Positions 37,001 to 50,003 of a stretch of DNA of 64,000 bases are shown piece after piece (position 1 is the first letter of the stretch; each line of letters opens with the position of its first letter). Origin of the DNA: Camelus ferus (Eukaryota). The notes beneath the pieces are model-generated. The model was given only the letters and a program-made list of their open reading frames with translations. It did not search any database and was not told the DNA's origin. The DNA is taken from NCBI RefSeq assembly GCF_009834535.1, contig NC_045697.1, positions 11,224,001 to 11,288,000 of the forward strand, written 5' to 3'. Position numbers and translations under genes: made by a program.

Positions 37001-38147
37001 CTTCATCAAAACCCTATTTCTACCACTTAGCAGGCACGTGGCACTGGCAGGTCACCTCTTGTGGGTTGAGCCTGGATTTTGTTACTCAAAGAGGGACTCC
37101 TTTTACCGCCTTGCAGGACTGCCGTAGCGTCAGCACATCTCCGTGGGCACTGCCGGCACTCCCTGCTCTGTGAGTATTGTCTGGAAAAGGACTGAATTCA
37201 GATTGCTTCCCACCACTTAGGTTTGAATGTCACTAAGTTCGGCTATGTTCCATCACCCCCTTTCCTGGCTGCAGGGGGCTTCCCTCCTCTGCTGCTGATG
37301 GCGTTCGCCGTACAGTATTGAAGTTTAGGCACTGGGATAGGAGTCAGGCATCAAGACCCAGGCAGATGTGTGATATCTGGCTTCAAGAGGGTCCCAAGAG
37401 CTTTTTCCATAGCCTTTCCTCTATGGCAAGAGCGCCCAAGGAGCTGGGTATCTATTAACACGAGACTATGATCTCCGTGGGGAGGAGATGCCAAAGGATG
37501 GCTGACGAGGGACTTCGGGGGTGGTTATGGGAAGGGGGTGCTCTGTGTAATCTACACCAGATTCACCCACCTCCAGCAACCTGAGTGAATGTAAAACTAA
37601 AGTCAGAGGAAAGTGCTTGCCGTGCCAGCTCTTCACAGGCTGAGCCTTCCTGTCCTGGGACGGGCTGTATCCGAGTGTCTCATCAGAAACAGGAGAACCC
37701 AGGGGGCACCTTAGATCCTAAACTAGTCCTCCCCAAATTGCAGAACCCCCAAGTCATCTCACACCCACACTTCTGCTCTCTGCGGTAATTCAAACACCCT
37801 GCACAGTGCCTGGCACGCCAGCAGAGCTGGGCAAGCATTGGTAGATGGATGAACGAGTGAATAAATGAATGAAAGAATGAACAAAGAAACTAAGGAGCAA
37901 ATGGACAAAGGAAAGAAGCAGGATCTGGCGTCAAATGGCATTAGCAGGGAAGCTTTATGCACTAGCACATGTGTTGGGCGGACTTTCTCTTGACGCCGCT
38001 GACAGTAAAGGGGCGCCCCTGTGCAATTAACTCTTCCCCTCCCAGGCTGGGGAGGCAGGGGGCAGCCCGCACAGGCACAGCCATTACACCAACAGCAGGG
38101 GGTCCAGAAAGCCACTGGACCAGATTTCATTTTGGAATGCGGTCTAT

Positions 38148-38150
<3 letters not shown>

Positions 38151-38178
<28 letters not shown>
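38151..38178. repeat. T28 homopolymer
   Basis: Directly visible; followed by GCT/CAG triplet-rich sequence. Confidence 0.95.
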
Positions 38179-38182
<4 letters not shown>

Positions 38183-38474
38183 CTGCTCCAGCGGCAGCAG
38201 CCACAGCAGTAGCAGAGATTTACTCTCCTAATTATGTTTGGCTTTGGTTAAATTAGTTTGCATTCCCTGAGCACACACTGGTTGGGGGTGGGGCAGCAGG
38301 CAGGGGAAGGAGGTGGCCGGAGAAGATGCCAAGAGGTGGAGAGGATCTTCTCAGCGGAGGATGCACAAAGCAGAACAGTCAGTCAGGCATCAGGCAGACA
38401 GAGTCACTGCACAGCAGCTCAGGGCTCCCAAAGGGATGGAGGAAGTGAAGTGGTGCTCTGCCTGCAGCTTCTGC

Positions 38475-38940
38475 ACATTCCTTCCTTCATTCATTCACAC
38501 TACAGATATTTATTGAGTGCCCACAATGAATCAGACATTGACCTAGGAGGTGGAGGACACTGCAGTGAACCCGGAAGATAAAGCCTCCCTGACCTCATAA
38601 ACTTACATTCCAGAAGGGGAGTGAGACAAGAAGCAAGCAAAGAGTTAAGCAAAACGTTCTGATGCTGTGAAATCAATGTGACAGGGTAAAGTGATAAGGA
38701 AGTTTATTATTTCGTTCTTATCTGTAGTAGTGGCCTCAAACAGCAATAACAAAGTTAACACAACCACCATTAATTCATGTACTTAGGACATGGATTCTAG
38801 AGACTCACCAAACATTTCATTTAATTTCCACAAAACTCAATGAGATGGATATAGTTATCCATTCTACAGATGAGGAAACCAAGGCTCAGAGAGTTTTAGT
38901 TATCTGCTCAAGGACACACAGCAGGTGACCTCAAATGCAA
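38475..38940 (-). mobile_element. L2 end (about 38475-38700) and MIR (about 38750-38940)
   Basis: 'ttcattcattcac...atatttattgagtgccc...cttacattccagaaggggag'; 'ccattctacagatgaggaaaccaaggctcagagag'. Confidence 0.8.
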
Positions 38941-39609
38941 CGCTGTCGCCTTATGTCCTTTTCAAAGGTCTACGGTCAATAACAGAAATGAGTAAAGCAG
39001 ACACACAATCCTTGCCACACGTCTTTCGTGTCAGCACTTACTGGTCACATTCTCCAAACTGAGACTCGGAGAGTGGGATTAGCTTAACCCTTGTGCTGGC
39101 TAGGAAGCAAGCAGGTGCTAGGAAGGGGTGAAGGCAGGATTCAGACTCAGGTCTGGGTGACCCTGCAATTTTAGGGCTGCCCCAGCACATAATACAAAGC
39201 AATCTGATGGAACAGAAATTGTTTTCCTTGATAACCAGGAGGGAAGTTTCAGATGTGAGAACGGCCTGGAGTCACCGTCCACAGGCTCCCTGGGAGAGGA
39301 ATGCGGGAAATGTTGGGCCTCTGAGCTGTCTAGTTGTCCCAGCTCACCCGGAGCGAAGCTCAGCACTCTGGCACAGTTACTTCGGTGAATGAACCAGAAG
39401 CAGAAACATGCCTAGAACCCAAAGCAACGTGGCAGCTATGAAAGGACCTCTCGTTAAATTGTGGCGTCTTCAGCGGAGACATAAACAGGCAACCCAGGAC
39501 CCAGCACCACGTGTAGGTGAGCGCTGGGTACACCTTCACATCAGCCTTTTCGTAGCCTCCTTTCCACTCAGTGGGCTTCTAGCCTTTACAGAAGCCCAGC
39601 TGCCTGGCT

Positions 39610-39990
39610 CCTGAAATCTATTTGCATAACCACCTGTCACTGTCAGCGGCTGGGTTAGCCTCCTCTGACGGATACTCAAGCCGGTATCTCACACCACGGC
39701 AACAGTTAAGGGCATTTTAGAATTTCCGTGATAAATCCTGTTCTTTGTGCTTTCACATCTTGCCTGTTTTTCACTTTTGTAGTGAACTCAAACCTGGAAG
39801 GATTGTCAAATCAAGATTTTTTTTTTTTTAACAAAATGCCATTACAAATAGAAGCATCTGCTTTTGATTTATAAACACTGTAATCTTCCCCAGGCCTTAG
39901 ATTTTTTTTTTTTTTTTGACAGCATCCAGATCAGAACCAATTTAATTTTGAAAGATAGCTAATCAAGTAATTTGCTGTAGCACCTCTCTC
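39610..39990. promoter_or_regulatory. Candidate POU/TALE/HOX enhancer
   Basis: ATTTGCAT 39620-39627; tandem CTGTCA 39634-39645; TGTCAAATCA 39804-39813; TGATTTAT 39865-39872; TGACAG 39917-39922. Confidence 0.5.
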
Positions 39991-41139
39991 GTTCTTGCTG
40001 TTGCGAAGGGGGCTGGGAGCTGCGTACAAATGTGCCGAGACTTTATTGAAGATCACAAGCGGACCCTTCAGGTATCGGGACATGCTTACCTGTAATAACT
40101 TCTATGCATCCATTTCACCTACCAACCTGAGCATTTCAGGGAGACACGTGGAATGGCACACACTGGCCTGGTTAAAACTTGAAGCGCCAAACATTTTTCA
40201 CGTGCAATAATTCTCTCTGAAACTTACTAATTTTTTAAGAAACCGTTGTAGAGGAATTCCCAATTTTGGAGAAGAGGATTTGAATAATCTCTGTCTTGAT
40301 TTTGCAATTACTTACACTCCCATATGCACACTTAATGAGAAACACATACACTCTCAGTGAGAAACAAGATGGGCGTGAATTTGAGAATGTCATATACTTT
40401 GAGGTCACTATAGTCACCTTGTGTTTTTCATCCACTAAACTTTTTTTGAGCGTTTACACTATGACGGGGACATGTGCTACCCTTGGAACTCATGTCCCAG
40501 TAAGGACAACAGGGCAATTCACTGGCTTTTACTTAGCAAGTACTTATATGCCTACCATGTGCCGGGCTGTGGTCTAAGTGCTTTATAAATGTTTAATCCT
40601 CATAATAGCCCTATGAGATAGGTACTGATATGCCCCCTTATTTTTTTTTCTTTAGATCAGACCTGACTTGAGTCCCTGCCATGAGATTCTATTTCTCTCT
40701 ATCCTGTAGGAAAGAAATATTCACTGCCTCCCACAGGATGAATTTTTCAGACATATTTCACATTCTGAAGCAGATGAAAAGCGTCATGGAGTTGAAAACT
40801 GCTCCTGATCCAGCAAGTCCCCTTCCTGGGAACCAATTATCTAATTACTCTTTCTGAGCAACTTCTCATTTCCTTTCAAAAGATGCATCATGATTACGGT
40901 GAAAGCACCGAGCCCCCAGACATCGCCCTGCCAGTCTGGGCAGAGAAATAGGGAAACCTGGCATCTCTCCTTGTTCTCCTGTCCCTCTTCCCTTCCCTTT
41001 ACTCTTGTCGTCTCTGCAATGAAACAGCTCTCAGGACTTGTGGGCAAGATTTATGAAAATTCTTGCTAGAAGCTTTAATAGGAGGAAAGAGAGAAAGTTA
41101 TGGCATATTCTATGACTGCATTTTGAAAGTATTTTCCAC

Positions 41140-41350
41140 ATACCATGGTAGAAATAAACAGGGCTTTGGGGGCTTAAATCTCAGCTCTGCCTCATACTTG
41201 CTGTGTGACTTGGAGCAAGTTACTTAACTCCTCTGAGCTGTCGCCTTACCTATAGAAAATCGACTTTATAGATTTTTATGAAAATGAGGTAAAGTTAAAT
41301 TATATGATACAATATAAGTATGATGGTCCACTACAGTCACTTCATAAATA
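41140..41350 (+). mobile_element. MIR SINE
   Basis: 'aaatctcagctctgcctcatacttgctgtgtgacttggagcaagttacttaactcctctgagc'. Confidence 0.85.
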
Positions 41351-43269
41351 TCGGGTCGTCCCCACTTCCTCCTCCTTCCATGTATATCAACCTATTTTGT
41401 CTTTCTGGGGCAACCTGTTGCAGTAAATGCCACATAATAAATAACAGGAGAATGTTTAAAAAGAAGAAAGACCCTCCCTACCCCCAAGTCCTAGGAGGGA
41501 TATACAGTTATTATTTTACAGATTTGCCAGGCTGGGCTGATTTTCCTAACCAGGACACCCATTCTGTCCCATTTTGCTGCCTCTGAAGGGTGCTAACATT
41601 TTTTTTTTTTTCATATCTGCAAGGGAGGAAAATATTTCCCACAAGTGCAGGAGGGAAGCACCAGTCCGAGAGGTCTTGGATGACAAACCTTGCTCACCCC
41701 AAAGGGAAGGAGATGGGCCCCAAAGGAACAGCGTCCCCTTGGTTGAAGTCCATTGTAACAGGAGTTCAGGTTATCTAAGTAGAGGGTGGAGGTGGCTTTT
41801 TTCTTTGCACAGGTCAAGCATTTGATTTTCCAAACCAGGAAACTTCATTTTTAATGTGCTCGATAGAATGTGTAAGTTTCCTTCAGCTGAAAAACGGAAG
41901 CAGCTGGAAATTGACATACATGTTGCCTTTAACTCAAGCTTTTGTGCCCCTTTTCCTGGTCCTCACAGTTCAGGAGATGACATGCAGCTCCTGCCCCCAG
42001 GAGCAAAAACAGCTATCAGAGTGCCCTCTACCCAGGGCAGCAGAGAGCCTGGTGACTTCAGAGCTTCAACTCTGAGTCTTTGGGCTTCTGTGGGTTTACA
42101 TCAAATCCTCAATGTTCTTTCAGGTCGTGTTTTGCTCTTAATTATACTTAAAGTTTCGGTTGGTGGAATTCTATTTCAAGCCCAAGCCATCAAGCCATCA
42201 GCTTGTCATTGCAAGCTTCTTATTTCTAATCACTTGGGTCTTTACCCAAGATGTGTTTTTACGCAAGTTAAAGGGATTTTTGTCTTGTAAGCAGTCATTC
42301 ATATACACAAAAAGCAGAGTTTTGTTCACGGAAATAAAAACACCTAAATAAATCTAAATCCTTCATGTAAATAATTCACCGATTATTACAAAGGGATTTG
42401 TGATGGTTCCTAGTTGTAGCCTCTCTTTGCTGTCCCAGTCACTCTGCTGAGGCAGACAGGATGCACCATGTGTTCGGAGCCAGGCTGTGTGGAGTACAGA
42501 TCTGAACCAGTGTGGTGAGCATCGTCCTGTGGACTGGGGATTCCGAGGAGCCGAAACTCAGTGGAGCAGGCAGACCATGTTCCCATTTTACAGACGTGGA
42601 AGCTCACTGAGGCCTTTGAAAGCTACATAGGATCATTAGAGCAATGAAAGCACTTGTCTGGGACCTAAGTCTCCTTTCCTTACTCTCACTAAATAAAATT
42701 AACAAAGTCTTAGATGGAACAGCCAAAGACCATGAACACAGCTGCCTCTATTAAATCTGACCATACCCAGAATCTGTTGGCAAATGTCCAGGGGAAGGGC
42801 CATAGCAAAAGGGACAAGCCCTTCTCTCTCTTGCCAGAAAAAGGGCCCTTTTGGAACCCACTGAAAACCTTAAAGCCCTTGGCAAGCCACACAGGTATGT
42901 GGTGTCCAGTGGGTTAGGCGGGGGGAGCTGACACCCTGGGCAGAGCTGACATGGTTTAGCTTTAAACCCCTTGAAATGCCAGGCTGGAGTCTGTACTGCC
43001 GAAGGCACCTGGGTTGGCAGAAAGAGGGGGCCAGGACGTGCCCTGGTTAAAGGAAGAGGTGAAAAGAAACTGCTAAGTTCTGGATGACCATCTCAGGGTA
43101 GCTGTAGCTCCTCCTAAGCTGACACTTTATCTTCAATCTACCCAACAGATTTCCTATTTTATGGGAAGTGCACATCCCATCTTATACCCTCTGTATGCCC
43201 CTCCACATGCCTCACCCTCTTTGCTTTCAAGATATTTGCTAAGCATTCAGGGTCCTGCCACAGACATCC

Positions 43270-43456
43270 TGGGAGAGCCCTAGATTTCCTACTGGGCTGT
43301 GTGACCTTGGGTCTGCTACTTAACTTCTCAGTTGCTTCTTTGGTCAAATGTAAATAATAGGAGTATTTACCTAATAGGGTTAACAACATCAATAATGGGT
43401 CAATACATGCAAAGAGCTTAAAACACATACTAAATGTTCAACAGTGTTAGCTATGA
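43270..43456 (+). mobile_element. MIR SINE
   Basis: 'gctgtgtgaccttggg...tacttaacttctc...aatacatgcaaagagcttaaaaca...tgttagctat'. Confidence 0.8.
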
Positions 43457-43529
43457 TTAGGTTGACCCTTCTGAGTATTCAACCATTTCTGACTTTTGGA
43501 GAAATTATAATTGCATATGGTTGAACCTA
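43457..43529. mobile_element. MADE2-like mariner MITE
   Basis: About 75 bp with inverted termini TAGGTTGA.../...catatggttgaaccta in a TA-rich site. Confidence 0.7.
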
Positions 43530-44361
43530 TTACTAAATATTTAACTTAACTATCAAGATTCTTAGCCTTACCGAAAACTCATCTTTTCTTCTCTCAATTT
43601 AACTCAAGCATCACCTGCTCCTAGAAGCCTTCCAGGACGCCTCATACATTCATGTATTCACTTACTCATCTGCAGAATACTGAGCACCATGGACAAGGGC
43701 CAGGCAATGAGACTGAACAGCGAGCGAGGCTGATATGGTCCATTTCCAACCTTACTCATCCTAAGATTGGAGTTTCCATCCTTCAGCCAACTGCACAATT
43801 AGGAAAAAAAGAAAATGCACCACTATCCAATGGGAATGATAAAATCCTCTAAAATCTGGAAGACCAGAAATGTGTCTCCCCAACTCACTTGTGTTCTGTG
43901 CCTCCCCAAACACTCGACACTGTGCCTGACGCACCTGCTAGTCTCGTGCAGACACGTTGTAACTAAGGTCCCGAGGTGAGCTGGGTGCTAATTAGGGATG
44001 GAGTTCTTCTCTAAGGCCAGCCGAGAGCCACCCTTGTGACGTGACTCGCGTGCCCAGTTTCCTGTCCCATGACAAATACCTGTCAGAACCCGAAGGATGG
44101 GAGGGAGAGAATGGAAGGGAAACATCCTCTCCACTGGCTGCTTCCTCCTCTCTTTCCTTCAGAAATGCAAGTTCCTGCCAGCCTGTAGCCGATACCCCAG
44201 TTTGGTACTGAATGTGATCTCTCTGCTTACATCTACCAAGGATGCGTGATTAAACAAGACAAGACAAACGAAAAAACAAAAGAAAATTAATAACTTAGGA
44301 AATGGAGTCTCAGACTTTCCAAGTCTTTTTGAATTGACCATCTTCTCTTGTGGAAGATTAC

Positions 44362-44439
44362 AATCTGCACCCTTAAACACTACACTTTTAAATCTACACT
44401 TTTAAGTCTACATCCTTTAAGACTGCAGTCTACACCCTT
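44362..44439. repeat. Degenerate tandem repeat, about 14-bp unit (TCTACACTTTTAAR)
   Basis: tctgcacccttaaa / cactacacttttaaa / tctacacttttaag / tctacatcctttaag / ...tctacaccctt. Confidence 0.75.
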
Positions 44440-44461
44440 CGCTTCATGCTCAACATATCCA

Positions 44462-44651
44462 TAGGACTATCAGATAAAACACGGGATGCTGAGGTAAACT
44501 GGAATTTCAGGCAAAAAGACTATTTTTTTAGTATAAGTATATCCCATGCAATGCTTGAGACATGCATTTACTAAAAAGTCTTTGATGTTTATGTGAAATT
44601 CAATTTTAACGGGGCATCCTGTGTTTTTATTTGTGAAATCTGGCAACCCCG
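44462..44651. mobile_element. MER53 palindromic hAT MITE
   Basis: About 190-bp near-palindrome: arm 'aaaacacgggatgc...gaatttca' pairs with 'tgaaattc...gcatcctgtgtttt'; ends 'atctggcaacccc'; flanks both begin 'catat'. Confidence 0.88.
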
Positions 44652-45389
44652 CATATAGTACAAATTATTATTTCAGTAGTTTGCTTTGTTCGGGTGGTAT
44701 CATACACAGATGCTTAGTATATGAAGCAATTAAAATGGGGAGACTGAGGTCCAGAAGGGGAAAGAGCTGGGCTCTTCAGGGTTCAAACTGGAATGACAGA
44801 GCTCAGAAATAAATGCAGGCTTCCAGAACCCAAGACATATGTTTGTGGAGTTTAGTGTCAGGAAAAATTACGAAAAACTTTGAAATGGGCTAAAAAGATT
44901 CATGAGTTGCCTGTCCAGTTGGGTTATCTCCACCTTTGAGCTATCTACAGCTCTGTAAGTCATGGAGAACTGATAAGCATGTAAAGTATTTTTACCCATA
45001 AATGTGTGTTAGTTGTGTGAGGTTCATTATCCTGCTATGGACAGACCTGTTTCTGCAGCTATTTATAAACTTATTTCAGCATTCCTTTAGGGCATATAAA
45101 CATATGGTTCTTTGAATTCTCCTTTGAACTGGTTGCAACGTCTTACTGGTTCCCTCATTAACTAATGAGTTAAATTAATCTTTGACATTAATACTGGACG
45201 TAAGTATTTCATATTTATAAGATTCATCATTTTACCTTTTATAAAAAATTATCCTTTGGCCATGTGTCATTTTTCTCTGGACAGCGAGCCTGGAAGGAAG
45301 TCTGAAAGGAGGCTGGGACTAAGCGACGGCAGGGCTACTAGACGGTTGTGAGATGCAACGGACTAGATAAAGAGGAACAGAGGAGGACA

Positions 45390-45825
45390 TGTGTCTAAAC
45401 TGTAAATCTGATCGTGGTATTCCCCATGGAAAACCCTCTCCTGACTTCGGAGACGCGACCCTGAGGATGAAGTCAAAACTCCCCACCTTGGGGGCGGTGC
45501 TCCGGTCCCCCCCTCCCCTCAGGCTTTGCGCGTTGCAGGACACCCTCCCACCCCACTTCATGGGGCTCCCTCCAGCTGCCCTGCCCACTCTCAGTCTAGT
45601 TTAGATGCATGCCCATCCTGTGAGCCCCCAGGAGCCCCTCGGGCTTCACGGCCATTGCGCTTTTCTCATCGCGTAGCAATTACTGCTTAATTGTCTGTGG
45701 CCTGCATTAGATTGCACCCTGTGAGGGCAGGAACCAGAACCACTTTGGTTTGTTTACGTGTGCATTCCCAGTTGCAAGCGGAGGGGCTGGCTCACAGTGA
45801 GACTCAAAAAAAAAGTTGAATGAAT
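45390..45825 (+). mobile_element. LINE-2 3' segment
   Basis: 'aaactgtaaatctgatcgtg...ctgaggatgaagtcaaaactcc...gtgagggcaggaacca...ctggctcacagtgagactcaa...gttgaatgaat'. Confidence 0.8.
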
Positions 45826-47059
45826 AACTGGACCTGGATGCATACTGGGATCACTTACACACATCGGAGAGGGAAGCTAAGGGAAAGGGAAATGCAGGAG
45901 GGAGACAAGCAGCCTCACGCTGGCCAGATTTTTCTTAGAAAAACACTTTGGGGGACAAGGCACTCAGTCACCTGCCTCCCCCAGGCACTGATTCATCCTC
46001 ATGCAATGATTTCCTTCCATCTAATGACACAGAACTAATTATTACATTATTCAAGATCGCAGCATAATAAGTTTTATGACTCTTCATAAGAAATTGAATT
46101 ATAAAATTGGACAGGTCCACCTAAAATCTCAGTGTTTTACAGTCTTTCTTAAAAAAAGGAAAAAAAAGAAGTTCCCTATTTAAGAGGAAGAAAGAAAAAA
46201 AATATCTTTTCGCATCTCAACCAGCCACGATCTGGAAAAAAGCCAATCCATTTAGAAAAGGTGCTTCCAGGAAGAGTGCAAATTCCCAAATCCTTTCTAA
46301 TGTGTGGTCCCATCTCTACCTTCAATTACCAGCTAGAAGCTCCCACAGAACTTCAGGATCCTGTAACGCCTCGCAATTCCTCAGAGACAACCTGATTGCC
46401 AGCCCTCTCTTTCCAAAGTACACCCACTCTGGGAGCTGTGGTTTCCATTTGTGAAAATCCTTCCCTTTATGGCCTCACACAGGTGAATTAGCTCAATGGT
46501 GTTCACTGCAGAGATCTGAGTCTCAGCAAGCATTAAGGGTGGGGCTTCCCTGCCTCTCACTGGCCCCCAACGCCAACCGTTCTGTCTTCACCGCGGGTAC
46601 AAGCTGATTCCCTCCTCTGGAGCAACTGAGCTGAGACCTGACTCCATCCTGCCTCCATCCTGCCTGTATTTCTCCTTTGACAAGTCCTAGCCAACCTCAG
46701 AGGGACAGCAGCCACTACTGAATGCCTATTCGTTAGTCATTCAATAGCTACTACTTCCGGCTCCTCATGGAAACGAACAAATCCTCTTGGCAAAAGAAAT
46801 CCCCCCAAAATAGGCAACTGCCAGGCAGGAGTCAGGCTGTGGGTTTGGCCCTTCTTGAGGGAGACGTCTGAATGGTGCCCTGCTGCAGGACAGCCTGAGG
46901 CAGAGGGTGTGTGCCGAGGATGGGGCTGGGTGCGTGTGCCCGCTGATGCTTCTCCCCAGAGAGCTGCATCCCATTGTGACTCTAATGTCCACCCTTTAGA
47001 AAAAAATTGAGATCTGTCTGAGAGACACACAGGTATAAAAAGAATTCTAGAAATGAACA

Positions 47060-47430
47060 AGAGCTAAAATATACTGAGGGTCTGCCGCATGCCAAGCACC
47101 ACACTAAGTGCATCCTCTTATCTCTTCCTCGCCAGGCTTATGTGGCAGTAACTATTTCTATTCTTATTTGAAAAATGAAGAAAATGACTCGAAGAGGTTT
47201 TGAAGCCTCCCCGAGGTCTTATAACAAGATGGTGGCAGCAACAGTATTCAATCAAATCAAATGACAGACCCAAACGCCTAACAATGGGATGTGCTATTTG
47301 GACATACGGTGCTAGGGTTTTTATTTCTGCCGTCTCATTTATCTCCCCATATACTCTGACATATATGATTCCCTCGCAAAGCCAAAGGGATGTAAGGAAC
47401 TTGTCCCAGGCCACAGGCTTAGAATATGAT
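47060..47430 (-). mobile_element. MIR remnants
   Basis: 'agctaaaatatactgagggtctgccgcatgccaagcaccacactaagtgc'; 'taaggaacttgtcccaggccacagg'. Confidence 0.6.
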
Positions 47431-49466
47431 GGGGCAGCTTTGAAGAGGGATTTGCTCTTGGCCAGCTGCCAATGGGAGTGCAGTGGGCATGGCCGGGGAC
47501 GAGGGGACAGGAACTCCAAATTCACACAAGAGGCTCAGCGTGCTGACATTAGCTCCTGAGCACCAGGAGCATTTATCTCAGGCCAGGGTTTTAAGGGAAA
47601 AATCCTTTGAGCTGAAGGAGCCTGAAATAGAACTGATCATTGTACGCTTTCCTGAGATTGGAGCTGAGTCATAGGACATTCAGGGGGAAGTCATTGGATT
47701 CAGAGGTCCCCTCCACCACTGGCTCTGGAAACAAATACATTTTGCATTTTGTTGCTTAAAGGAAAGACTGGACAGAGCTGGCTTCCTAGGGAGATGGTTT
47801 GAAGCAGCTCTGTCCCACTATAAGGACCCTCCCTGTTGGGACACACCAGGGAGTACAAAAGTTTCTGTGCACTGAGACGTATCACCTAGTCTTAATTCAA
47901 AAACCACTGACCCCAGTCTGTGGGTCCCTTTCACTCATTACTCATCTCCGATCCCCTTTTCAGTTTAAAAGTCCCCAGATCCACATCAAGTCATTGACTC
48001 AAATCACTAAATTTATCAATTTCTTGGGAATCAGAGAGAAAAAACATCACTGTTCTTAATAACTTAGAAGAATACTGACTTCCCAAGAAAAGCGTATTTG
48101 TTTGGGAGTGAGAGCAACTGTAAATTTGTATCATTTAAGAAAAAGTGTTTCAGAGTTCAAATTACAAAGGACGGTTTGACCTCAGGGCAAAGTTCCTTCT
48201 TATTTTAAAATTAAATGAAAGCAGCACACACTTTGTTAGATGTGTGAACCTACCAAATTGTAATGGTTATGAAGCTCTCACATATAACCAATAATTTTTC
48301 AACCACATAATCATGTGCAATTGGGCAAAAATGGAAGAATTAGGCTGAAGTAAGAAAATCTGGGTTACGCCTTTATGCTTATGTCTCACTGTTGCTTAAT
48401 ATGGCTGCATTGTGACTCCCTCATCTGTAAAACGGAAATAATCCTGCTTATTTTCGGTTTGTCCACGTACTAAATGAGATGAAGAGGGCAGTTAATTTAG
48501 CACAGGGCTGAGCACAGGGTAATCACTTAAGTACATTTAGTTGTTAAGTAACAACATTTGCTGTTGGTTTGATTTTTCTTATTAAGATGGGTCTGCAAGT
48601 TTCCAAATTAGTCAGGTGTTGGGAATAAAGAATCGACAGTCTTCTACCTTTAAGAATCATTGAGGATACCGCGGGGACTGGAACAGATTCCCAAAGACTG
48701 AATTGATCTCATCACTTGATTCAGTACATTTAGAATATAATATAAATTGCATTTTGGAGAAAATTGACAATGTTTTAACTGATCCATATAAATATGTAAA
48801 TTGAGAAGATACATGGATGCATATTTTTACCCAATTAGATTTTATGTATGTTACATATTGTATAATATACCTACATCAATACATACATGTAGATATGTAT
48901 GTGTACGTAAACAAAGACACACAGAAGGAGAGGGTGAATCAAAGGGAAAGAGACAGAGATGAACAGACATTTGGAAAGGCCCACCCAGGGGTGAACAGGA
49001 TGCAAAATAACAAGTACAGAAGAACTGAGTTCCCCAAGTTGCCCTCTGCACCTCCCTGCTGACATGGATTGATTGAGGTTGATTACGGATACACACATGC
49101 TACCTGATTGTCCCCTTTATGCAATAAAAGCAGTGGTTGGTCTTCAATGAGGTGTGTTCCCAGCAAAGAAAGGGTGATTCTAAAGCAGGACTAGAAAGCT
49201 CAAATGACGACACTTGTTTTGCAGGTACGTACAGGCGCAGCCCACCAAGGACAGCAGAGGGAGGTACGAGGAGTTACAGAGGACCGGGGCAGACTGGAGG
49301 TCGCAGTGGGAGGAGGGCAGCTCCCAGTCAGCTCCAGGCCATTGTTGCCATGTGGGAGAAGAGCCAGATCTTCGCTGAGTCTTTTTGTTGGTTTTATTTT
49401 GTTTTGTTTATTTGTTGTTTACATAGTTTATTCTTTTTTCCCTTTGTGAGAAGCTATAAAACTGGA

Positions 49467-49809
49467 TGTATCAGACAGCTCAGGCTACTGTATCAAAAAT
49501 ACCCTAGATGGAGTAGCTTAAGAGAAATTAATTTTGTCATAATTCTGGAGGCTGGAAGCCCCAGATCACGGTGCCAGCACGGTCCAGTTCTGGTGAGGGT
49601 TCTCCTCCTGGCTTGTAGGTGGCTGCCTGCTCACAGTGCCTTCACATGGTGGAGAGAGGAGGTGAGTCCCCTGGTGTCCCTTCTGTAAGAACACTAATCC
49701 CATAATGCAGGACCCATCTTCTTGGCCCCATCCCTGAATACCACTACTCTGGGGTTAAGGCTTCAACATACCAATCTGGGGAAGGGGGAGACACATTTAG
49801 TTCATAACA
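49467..49809 (-). mobile_element. MLT1A-type (MaLR) solo LTR
   Basis: TG...CA ends; 'ttctggaggctggaagccccagatcacggtgccagc...ttctggtgagggttctc...acactaatcccat...ggggttaaggcttcaacata'. Confidence 0.9.
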
Positions 49810-49954
49810 TTGTATTTAAATATTTTAAAATGCTGGGTAGGCCAACAAAATTCACTCGACATCAGCAAGTGCTTATCTGGCTCAAAGCCACTGGTTTATG
49901 ACCAGGTAAATTCTACTGATCAAGCTTCCCCGTGTTTTATCACTTTAGAATCAC

Positions 49955-49955
<1 letters not shown>

Positions 49956-50001
<46 letters not shown>
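49956..50001. repeat. (AC)23 microsatellite
   Basis: Directly visible. Confidence 0.97.

Positions 50002-50003
<2 letters not shown>

Noticed and set aside
49137..49688. Longest ORF (183 aa)
   Set aside because: It runs through low-complexity T-rich sequence into an antisense MLT1 LTR, with no recognisable domain.
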